A stretch of 64,000 nucleotides of DNA, from the NCBI GenBank assembly GCA_009914755.4, contig CP068257.2, positions 9,664,001-9,728,000 of the forward strand. The letters run 5' to 3'. The DNA is from the human T2T-CHM13v2.0 reference genome, Homo sapiens. The notes beneath the pieces are model-generated. The model did no database searches. It had not been told where the DNA came from and was given only the letters and a program-made list of their open reading frames with translations. This document shows positions 51,900 to 64,000 of the stretch, one piece after another (the stretch's first letter is position 1; each line of letters opens with the position of its first letter). The position numbers and the translations under genes were made by a program.

Positions 51900-52990
51900 A
51901 AAGGGGAAGCTCCATTAAAATTGGTAAAGGAAGAAACATAATATGAAAGGAGGGAAATAATGAGGTAAAAGATGCAGAGACTGCTTTCCAGACAAAGTAA
52001 GAATGAACTTCACTTTGGAATAACAAAGCAGTGCTTGCTTGGCAAGGTGAGTCTTAGAATCTGACTAACATCAACAGGGCAGAGTCTCAGGTAATTAACA
52101 AAACCAGGAAGGAACAGGGAGCAGCAATGCTAAAACACAAGAAACCAGGTTACTTTGTCCTACTTCATAGTTGTTATTTTCCTAATCATTGGAGATAAGC
52201 TATGATTAACAGAAAAACTACCCATGTAAAATATTGTCACCCAACTTTTAAGAAAAACAAGAAAGAAGATACAAAACTTAGCAAACAGAATAAGTAATTT
52301 CAGAGAATCAGAATTAAGACAAGAAACAAATGTAATTACAGTAAGTGTAATTCATATCTTCAGAGACATGCAAGAAGAGGTTGCATTTTAGAAAATACTG
52401 ATAATAGCTCTTGGATTAAAAACTCAACAGATGTTCTGAAGAGAACAATAGACATAGTTAAATATAGATCTAGCAAGTTTGAAGTTTAAAAGTTGAATAA
52501 TTTTCTCTGAATCCAATGGCTAGGATAAAATGAAGAAAGGTAAAGGGAGGTAAAGTGAAGATAAAGAATTGTTGACGTAAAGTTGTTTAAAATGCTAGAA
52601 AAAAAAGGAAAGTAAACATAAAGATGGAAATAATTAAAGAACTAATTTAAATATTTTTTAGAACTAGAAATACTGTAGACTTGAGATTTAAAGTTTTCAT
52701 AGAAGTATGAACTTATATTAATGGAGAAATTCTACTGATAGACATCTCTTGAAGAAGCAATGGGATACTAACGATTAGGACAGAATCATAAAGACTTCCA
52801 GAGTAGGAGGATAGAAAGGTAATTTTCAATGGAATAAGAAGTAGATAGAAAAGAAAATTTATTCTTAAACATGTAGATGTTGTTAATAACTGGGACAAGA
52901 CCATCAATGTCTGAAGAAATTCCAAAAATAAAATAATAAAATTAACAAACAGATTTTTAGAATTACATCTGGCAGTCATAGAGCGCAATA
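51900..52990 (+). mobile_element. Ancient L1 (L1M-type) coding-region fragment
   Basis: A long A-rich strand with L1-ORF-like word content lies directly adjacent to the L1 pieces below. No family was identified. Confidence 0.4.
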
Positions 52991-52994
52991 GCAT

Positions 52995-54060
<1,066 letters not shown>

Positions 54061-54141
54061 ATTACAAAAGCAGAATTAAGTAGTTGTAACAGAGCCTAAT
54101 GGCACACAAGCCTAAAATATTTAGCTTTTAAGGAAAGCATG

Positions 54142-54440
<299 letters not shown>

Positions 54441-55217
54441 AGAGAGAAGAAAACAACATTATTAACCTCTAATTTAAACAAGAATAATAACAATTTATAA
54501 TGAGTTTACAACATATATAAAAATAAATCACATGACAATAACAGAACAACAGTTAGGATAAAATAATGAAAATGTTGTTATTCATGATACTGTATGTAAA
54601 GTAGTATATTATAATTTGAAGGTAGAATGTGATGAGTTAAACATGTATACTACAAACTCAAAAGCAACCATTAAAATTAACAATATAGAGAGTTTTAATT
54701 CTCAAGTAAAAAAGGAGATAAGATGAAACCGTAAAATATATTTAATTCATAGAAAAGAAGGCAAACAAGAGGGAAAATAAGCAAAAAACAGATGGGATGG
54801 TAGGGGAAGCAAAATTTTATTACCATCTTCTTAGTTTTTTTTTTCCTCTGCTAAGCCTGAGAATTAAATTGATATAAGACAGATCAACAGGAAAATGCAT
54901 ACAAATTTATTTAATACATGTATTATGTGGCATGAGAGATTCTTTAAGGAAGGAAGACTCCATGACATAATCACTTATGTTCTGAAGTAGACACAGAGTA
55001 GTAAATTGTGAAATATGACAACACAAAGGAGCTGGAACTAGTGTAGTTAATTGGGTGAAGAGGTGATTAACAGGATAAGGGTTGGTTTAACAAGGTATGT
55101 TTGTACAGGTTTCCCTTGCCTCAACTTCTCATCCTGGGTGATGAGACTGTTACTTTCCTTCTTGTATAAAGAGGGCAACTTTCATGTAGAAATTTTACCT
55201 CCTACTTTTAAGAAAAA

Positions 55218-55320
55218 GGAAAATCAGAGTGCTTTAAAGGAAAATCAGAGTGCCTTAAAGGAAAATCAGAGTGCTTTAAAGGAAAGTCAGAGTGCTTTAA
55301 AGGAAAATCAGAGTGCTTTT
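55218..55320. repeat. Minisatellite: 21-bp unit ggaaaatcagagtgctttaaa x ~5
   Basis: Five near-perfect tandem copies (variants gcc, agt) are present. The track ORF 55051-55422 translates them as KENQSAL x5 because 21 is divisible by 3. Confidence 0.95.
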
Positions 55321-55462
55321 CTTGCACCTGCTATTTTTCAAGTGTCTTTAACTCAAAAAAATCAATATGCCAAAGTGGCACGTTTCGGGGTATCTGGTTC
55401 TGAATTCCTTCAGGAAAGATAGAAAGCAAAAGCAAAATAATAGGTTTAAAACTAAAAATATC

Positions 55463-55824
<362 letters not shown>

Positions 55825-57297
55825 TTAAAAGCAGATTGGATGAATAAAACAAGATCTAAGTTATTACTGTCTAGAAGAAATTCAAGAATATCCTAATAAA
55901 AGATATCTATGTAAAAACAATAGCTGGCATCATACTTAATGAAGAAAAATCAGTTTATTTCCCCCTATTTCAGGAACAAGATGAGTCCATTAACTCTTAG
56001 CACTTTGTTTTAACATTCCACTAGACGTTCTACCAAGTAAAATAGACAAAAAACATAAACAAAAGAATTACAGATGGGAAAGGAAAATGTAGATTGGTTT
56101 TATTTATAGACGGCATGTCTCTGTAGAAAGTCCACTGAAATCTACAAAAACACTGCTGGCTATAATAAGTGAGTTAGCAACATAAAAAAGAAAAAAAGCA
56201 ACATATTAAACTAATATTTCCATATACCAGCAATGAACAATAAAAAATTAAAATAAAAGTACTATTAATAATATCATGAAAAATGTAGAAGAATTAGGAA
56301 TTAATCTATCAAATGATGTGAGTCTGGTACACTAAAACTCAAAACACTGCAGAAAGTTAAAGAAGACTTAAATAAATGGAAAGATGTAATATGAATATGG
56401 GTTAGAAAATTCACATGGTAAAATGTGATTATCCCTAAATATAGATTCAATACAATACCAATTAAAATATTATTAGGCATTGTTTATAGGAATTTACACA
56501 CTAATTTTAAAACTTCAGTAGAAATGCAAAGAGTCTAAAATAGCCAAAATAATTCTTAAAAATAAGAATATTTTTGAAGGATTAGCACAATCTAATGCCA
56601 AAGCTTATAAGGCTACAGTAATGAAAATAGTGTGATATTGGCATAAAGATAGACAGAAATGTCATTGGAAGATAATAGAAAATTCAGAAATATATGTACA
56701 GAATTTTGGTAAATTGGTGTTCTCCAAAGATACAAAGGTAATTCAGTAAATAAAAGATAGCCCTTCAACAAATTCTGCTGGAACAATTAGATGCTCATAT
56801 GCAAAAAGTAGAACTTTAACACGTAACTCATGATACAAAAATTAATTTAGTACAGATCATATGCCTAAATGTAAAATGTAAAAACAAAGTGAAAAAAAGG
56901 AAGAAAAATTACGTATAGGAGAAAATATAGAAAAGTCTTTGACCTCAATACTACTTAGACATGACACAAACACCATGTTTCATCAAAGTAGAAATTGACA
57001 ACTCGAGTTCATCAAAATGTAAAACATATGTTCCTCAGGAAACACTGTAAAACAAATAGAAATATAAGACACTACTGAGAACAATATTTGCAAAATATAT
57101 GTCTGGCAAAAAAGTTGTGTCCAGAAAATATAAGAACTCTCAAAACTTGATAATAAATGTAGCAACTCTAATAAAAGTAGGCAAATGGCTTAAATGAATA
57201 CTTCTTCCCTAAAGAACATATGTAGATAGAAAGTAAACACATGGAAAGATCCTCAATATCATTAGTCATTAGGGAATTGATCTGTGTCTGTCAAAAA

Positions 57298-57613
57298 TGG
57301 GTTGGGTACAGTTGCTCAAGCCTGTAATCCCAGCACTTTGGAAGGTCAAGGCAGCAGGGTTTCTTGACCCCAGGAGTTAGAGAGCAGCCTGGGCAACGTA
57401 GTGAGATCCTGTCTCTACAAAAAAGAAAAAGACATGGCATGGTGTCTCTATTTAGCTAGGCATGGTGGCACATGCCTGTAGTACCGGCTACTCGGAAGCT
57501 GAGGTGGGAGAATCACTTGAGCCCAGGAGGTGGAGCCTGCAGTGAACTATGGTTGTGCCAATGCACTCCAGCCTGCGTGACAGAGCAAGAACCCATCTCA
57601 AAAAAGAAAAAAA
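57298..57613 (+). mobile_element. Alu SINE (older, AluJ-like), plus orientation; first of a head-to-tail Alu pair
   Basis: The sequence runs gggttgggtacagttgctcaagcctgtaatcccagcactttggaaggtcaaggcagcagggtttcttgacc...gcctgcgtgacagagcaagaacccatctcaaaaaag. Confidence 0.9.
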
Positions 57614-57943
57614 GAGGCCAGGCACAGTGGCTCACACCTGTAATCACAGCACTCTGGGAGGTCAAGGTGGGTGGATCACCTGAGGTCAAGAGATCGAGAC
57701 CAGCCTGACCAACATGGGGAAACCCCATCTCTACTAAAAATACAAAAATTAGCTGGGCATGGTGATGTGCGCCTATATCCCAGCTACTTGGGAGGCTGAG
57801 GCAGGAGAACTGTTTGAACCCAGGAGGTGTAGATTGCAGTGAGCCGAGATTGTGCCATTGCACATTGCACTCCAGCCTGGGCAACAAGAGTGAAACTTCA
57901 TCTCAAAAAAAAAAAAAAAAAAAGAAAGAAAGAAAGAAAAAAG
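57614..57943 (+). mobile_element. Alu SINE, plus orientation; second of the head-to-tail pair
   Basis: The sequence runs aggccaggcacagtggctcacacctgtaatcacagcactctgggaggtcaaggtgggtggatcacctgaggtcaagagatcgagaccagcctgacc...cagcctgggcaacaagagtgaaacttcatctcaaaaaaa..(gaaa)n. Confidence 0.95.
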
Positions 57944-58569
57944 AATGGCTAAAGTTAAAAAGGCTGGCCATGCCAAGTGTTGGCAAAACTATAGAGGACA
58001 ACCAACATACATGCACTGCTAATGGTAATGGAAATTAGTACAATGACTCTGGAAAAAGCCTTGTCAGTTTTTAAAATATTTTGACGTATGCACCTATCAT
58101 ATGACTGCCAATCAATTTGTAGGGAAATGAAAGTATATGTACATAAAAAACTTGTACCAAAACATTCACAGCACTTTTTTATGGGAGAGAGGGGCTAATA
58201 GTGAAGAGCATGTAACAATCAAATATTCATTAACAGATGAATGAATAAGCAAGCTTTGATATATCCATATTTTGAAATACTACAAGCAATAAAAGAAATG
58301 AAACTTTCATCCATACTATAAAATAGATTAATCTCAATAAATATGCTAATTAATAGAAGCCAGATCAAAAGAGAACAGTATGATATCATTTATATAAAAA
58401 GAGGCATTAGAGCCTAGTAGTTAAGAGTGCAGCTTCTGGAAGCAAAATCCTTAGTATGATTTTGGCTCATTGTCTGCAGCATTTATTTTATGTGCGCTCT
58501 TGAGGTTTTTACAGAAACAATATGCCTCAGTTTACTCATCTATATAATGACTATATCGATAGTCATCTA

Positions 58570-58930
58570 CTTTATAAAATATAGTATTTTATAATGTAAT
58601 ACTTTATAATATATATTTGATATATATTTTAAAATGTCTTTATTATATTTTATAAAGTATAAATAATATAAAATAATGTCTATAGTTGTTGACTTATAAA
58701 AATAAAGATTAAATAAACAAAAATATGTGAAGCACTAGTTTACTACCTAGAAAATGGTACATTTTAAATATTTTCATGATTGTAATAAATAAATGTATCC
58801 TTATAATGTTATTTTATTAATAATAAACAAAAATTTATTTTTAGAATAATGAATATTATAATTATTTTTATTTTTAGAATAAATAATAATGAATAATATT
58901 ATTATAATAATATTATTATTCATTCTTATA
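58570..58930. repeat. AT-rich low-complexity tract with internal short duplications (ataataat / tattattat)
   Basis: The region is more than 85% A+T, with repeated ttataatatatatttgatatatatttt, tagaataaataataatgaataatattattataataatattattattcatt and self-complementary segments. Confidence 0.8.
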
Positions 58931-59689
58931 TACCTTTGAAAAATCATAGGGTAAGATGATTGAAATTCTGTGTATAGCATCTCAGCAGATGAGATATATA
59001 AGAAAGAACCATTGCACCCCCATTTACTTAAATCAGTTATAGTTTAAGTTGTTTGAAAAAAGTCATTTATTGGAATCACCACATGACATCAATCAAGAGC
59101 AAAGTGTGTAGAATACTGTCAAGTTTTTCTCCAAGAATTTATTTCTGTTTTCAATTTGCAACTCACTGAAGCATTGAACATTTTATGAGCTCTACAACTA
59201 ACAATGCCTGGGAATTTAAATATTTTCCATGGAATATGATTACTTCAAATGAAAAAAAAGGAGCAGATATGATAATGAATAATTTACCATGCGTATATGG
59301 TACAAAGTAGAATCTTTAAAAATAAAGACACAAACAGCAACAACCACAAAAACCTCAATTGTTTCTGCTTTTGTTCTATTTTTAGTGAACTTAAAATTTT
59401 AAGAGAAACTCTTTCTCCTTGTTTTTAACACATGTAGAGAGAGGTGTGGAATATTGTAAAGCTTTTTATCTGATTCGGCCTGAGTCTCAATAGATGAAGA
59501 TTCATCGAGTTTAGTAGGCCGAATAGTTTTTTCTAAAAGATATGTGACGCGTTAATCCTTGGAATCTTTGAATATAATGACACGTTAAACAGTGAATATT
59601 ACCTTATACGGCAATGCTTGTGATTAAGTTAAGGACTTTAAGGGAAGGGGCTTATTCTGAAATATACTCACGGGTCTCTAATTCAATGA

Positions 59690-59992
<303 letters not shown>

Positions 59993-60322
59993 CTGACAAA
60001 TGTTTTTTTAAGAGTGAGTCAGAGGGAGACTTGACACACAGAAGAGGAGGCAATGTGACCAGGGAGCAGAGATTGGAGTGGCGCAGCCCCCAGAAGCTGG
60101 GGAAAAGGAATGCTGGCATGAGTAAAGGAATGCTGGCAGCCCCCAGAAGCTGGAAGATCCACAGAATGGATTCTCTCTAGGGACCTCAGAGCGAGTGTGG
60201 CCCCACTGTATTTAGGACTTCTAGCCTCTAGAACTGTTTTAGAATACATTGCTGTTGTTGAAGTCATTTAGTTTGTGTCAATTTGTTGTGATAGCCTAGG
60301 GAACTAATATAATGAAGCATGG

Positions 60323-60346
60323 AGAGAGAGAGAGAGAGAGAGAGGA
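60323..60346. repeat. (GA)12 dinucleotide repeat
   Basis: The tract agagagagagagagagagagagag is directly visible. Confidence 0.95.
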
Positions 60347-60435
60347 TAAAAGGTGAAAATCATGTGCCAAAACTAAAGAAAAGAGATGCTGACATTTGTG
60401 ATTAAATAGAATAATTGCACTATTTAAGATTAATC

Positions 60436-60535
60436 ACTTGAGCCTGGGAGGTGGAGGCTGTAGTGAGTCATCATGGTGCCACTGCATTCCAGCCTGCATG
60501 ACAGAGAGAGACTCTGTCTTAGGAAAAAAAAAAAA
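60436..60535 (+). mobile_element. Alu 3' fragment (~100 bp) with poly-A
   Basis: The fragment cacttgagcctgggaggtggaggctgtagtgagtcatcatggtgccactgcattccagcctgcatgacagagagagactctgtcttaggaaaaaaaaaaaa is directly visible. Confidence 0.9.
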
Positions 60536-60687
60536 TTAAGGTGGTCCAGAATGCACCCAAGGATAAAATGCAAAGATGATCTTGCCCCATGTATGTTTTA
60601 GCATACTACTTAGGTACTATTTATTTTTTAATTATCTCCTTTTTACATTTTGACAATTTTATCCCAGTGGTCAAGCCTTGTATTAGA

Positions 60688-60808
60688 AAAGACAGAAAGA
60701 AGGAAAAGAAAGAAGGCAGGAAGGAAGGCAAGGGGAAGGAAAGGAAGTGGAAGGGAAGGGGAAGAGAAGGGGAAGAGAAGGGGAGGGGAAGGGGAGGGGA
60801 GGGGAAAC
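60688..60808 (+). repeat. ~120-bp polypurine (GGAA/GGGGAA-rich) tract; polypyrimidine on the opposite strand
   Basis: The tract aaagaaggaaaagaaagaaggcaggaaggaaggcaaggggaaggaaaggaagtggaagggaaggggaagagaaggggaagagaaggggaggggaaggggaggggaggggaaa is essentially all purine on the plus strand. The track ORFs (GRKEGKGKERKWKGRGREGEEKGRGRGGEG / SPSLPLPF..) are its translations. Confidence 0.95.
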
Positions 60809-61015
60809 GTTGCTTTGGACAGAATAAATGGGTAAGGGTTTCTATTTTAATTAGATTAAGATTAATTAGATTAAACCTCTGAGGAAGTCTTACTTGAGCT
60901 GAGAAACTAAATATGAGAGGGAGGAGTACCACTGCATTGGTTATAGATGGGGTAGAAGTCTACAAAAGAGTTCATTGAGGAATAGAGTAGTAAATAAGTG
61001 ACTTAATGAGTTTGT

Positions 61016-61457
<442 letters not shown>

Positions 61458-64000
61458 CTAATAATTATTTAAGAAAAGTATTTTTCTGCTTTCAGTTTTA
61501 TTTATTAAATAGTTTCTGCTAGCCTAATGTTAAAGTCTGCCAACTAGTTCCTTCAAGTTAATCACATTCACTTTTGATTCCCTCTTAACACATTAAGATA
61601 TTTTATAACTCTGTGAGTTTAAAATCTGATGCAAATTCATTGTGGTCAGGCAAGATGCAAGACCAGTCGGGCAAATACACTTCCCTTATTTTTTATGGGT
61701 CTGAAATATCTTTTGTCTTGGGAGATGTATTATTATACAAAAGATCTATTTGGCAATTTATAGTTTGCTTTTTATCTATTCAATTGTTTCCTGGTATTCT
61801 TAGAACAGAAAAGCGAACCTTTTAAGAATAATAACATGCAAATTACCTTTAATTACTCTCTAGCTCTTTCAGTTAAACAAAAAAAAACCTCTCATTTTAG
61901 GTTCAGTTTGTAACTGAATAGAACATTTTATATCTAAACCCTTAATGGAAAGGCTTTCCTATTTCCCACAATTTTCTTTTCTATTTAATGTATTCTCTAA
62001 ATTTAACACATTATTTAAAATGCCATCCATATACCTGATCAACTTGAAAAGATGGAGAAACACACAAGTAAAGCTTATTATCTGTTCACATTTTATTCTA
62101 TGTTTCCATTTTCATAATCAAATAAATGTAGACTGCAAAATACTTATTTACAAATCTGTCTGATTTATATAATAAACTCTGAGGAAACTGGAATGAAGTA
62201 GTGCTACAAGCAAGGGACAGAATAAAGTTTTGTGTATTAATTACCTGATTTATACTTTAGTCCCTTTAAGTAAAAGAATGTAACAAATAGAAGGATAGTT
62301 ATTAATATATTTGGAGGAGAAAGAAGGATAAAATGAAAGATACAATGTTCTTAAAAACCGAGAGTTTTATCTTTTTTCAGAAGTTTAAAAAATATTTAAA
62401 CATTTCCCTTTATGTTAGCACATATTTATGTTATACATTTCATTTACAAGTAATTGTATGGTAAATAGTTACAAAAACAACAAGGAAAAGCTTTGAGTTA
62501 AGGAGCTCATGATTTTCAGTGTAAAATACATGTTATTTGAGTAATTTGGGAAACTGACAGAAGCTTTCTTGCAGTCAAGAATGCTGCTCAAAAATTAATT
62601 TTAAAATAAAAATAAAAGAAAAAAAATCCTGAAAGCTTATGTAGCAAAACAAGTATTGTAGTCCATTACAAAAATTAGCCTTTTCTGAAATCATGTTAAA
62701 AAGCAAAAAGATCTTAGAGCAGAATTTCATGTACAGTTCATTTTGGGATTGATCTTACTTCCTTGATAGGTGGTCTTACTTCATCCTGTTGGAGCCCATC
62801 ATGGAGAGCTGTTTTACAAATATTCTTAGCTCTACTACTCACATAAAAATTCAACCTATGACTCCTGTTTCTGATAAAGTAGCTATTTAAATTCATTAAG
62901 AATGTTTCATCATTTTAGTATGCAAAATGCATTGTTAGATTATGTAAGTGACACATACTATCTTAAAAGTTAATAAATCTCCCAGAAGAAATTAGACTCA
63001 GATGCTATATTTATTATGGAGAATTAAGAAATACCTAAGGTTACTGTGATCATCACTTAGGAGTTTTGAATCAATTATATGAGAAACTAAAGAAGAAGCT
63101 TTGACTGGAAAAAAAATGAACCAAAAAGAAAAAAATTATATAAAGTCATTTTATTGGACACACATGCTAAAAATTAGAAAAACCATACATTTTACTCTAT
63201 CGATCTGTTAGGAAAAACTATAGAATATGATAGTGATTGCATTGATTCTACTTAGCAAATTAAATGCAAAACTAAGATATTCACCAAATATAAAATATAG
63301 TTATTTTCTAAGAAATAAAACTCACACATTCTGGTGGCAACTGCCATTTTTAGCAGAAACCAAAACTATTTCCTGTTAACATGAAGGAAAAACCATCATT
63401 GAACACTCAAGTAATAATCAGGGGACTAGGATGGACTTTCAATAAGAAACCACTGGAATATACCTGGACTAAATCTATTCTGACAAAATTAAGTATACCA
63501 ACCGAATAGTTTTGTGTGTGCATTTGTTTTTACTATATACTTTTATAATCTCAAAAGTACCTAAAAGGAGGCAAAACAAGAAAGGATTTGTCTACAGAAA
63601 GTAAAAATAAGAATGATTATAAAATATTGTTAAAGAAAAGACACTGCACAGAATAGTCATGGAGATTTCTGTACTAATCACCTTGATCATAATGAATAAT
63701 CACTGAATTTCACTGGCCTATTTTCCTCCACAAGATTCTATGTTAGGTAAGCAACTTTGGGTAATTCAATAATAGGAAAGATGTTTCTTTTATAACATAT
63801 CTGATTTGTACAACTATTTGAAATACATTTTATGCTATAAAATAAAAATGGTAACTCTTATTTACACAGCTATTTATTGTGAATTTGTATAAAGACAGCT
63901 CATCCTTAGAACTTAATAGACTAGGATTCTTGGTAAAGTATATATTGTATATCTGAAAAATGTAACAGTGACAATATTAAAGTATTGCCACTTAGTGCTG

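Noticed and set aside
60080-60170. Short local duplication gcccccagaagctgg...ggaatgctggca x2
   Set aside because: It is only ~20-25 bp repeated once within ~70 bp, just downstream of an Alu. It is too short to interpret as anything beyond local slippage or duplication.

Overview
This window is primate, most likely human or great-ape, nuclear DNA. It is not prokaryotic, and I cannot support any protein-coding gene, rRNA, tRNA, CRISPR array or operon in it. The sequence is AT-rich and CpG-depleted. It is densely populated by primate interspersed repeats. These include about 22 Alu copies or fragments, some with intact target-site duplications (TSDs). There are several LINE-1 3' ends, one of them nested inside an older L1. 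There is a long ancient L1 body carrying Alu insertions. There is a partial ERVL-MaLR (THE1/MST-like) provirus. There is a short solo LTR of the LTR12/HERV9 type with tandem CCAAT boxes. Simple-sequence repeats and minisatellites are scattered throughout. Every ORF in the supplied six-frame track is under 190 aa. Each either sits inside a recognisable repeat (an Alu, L1 ORF2 remnant, MaLR internal region, microsatellite or minisatellite translation) or is an AT-rich chance ORF. I therefore treat the locus as a gene-poor intergenic or intronic, desert-like region. The most interesting items are these. The LTR12-type solo LTR with four tandem NF-Y-type CCAAT motifs is a known class of cryptic promoter. 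A ~245-bp GC-richer block at 33478-33725 strongly resembles a repeat family conserved across vertebrates. A clean nested L1-in-L1 insertion has a 14-bp target-site duplication. A ~152-bp perfect-ish tandem duplication is present. Two 19-21-bp minisatellites are present. G-rich and polypurine tracts have non-B-DNA potential. I cannot identify any previously undescribed biological system (defence island, operon, gene cluster) and I say so explicitly. All repeat-family names are from memory of consensus sequences and should be confirmed with RepeatMasker/Dfam.
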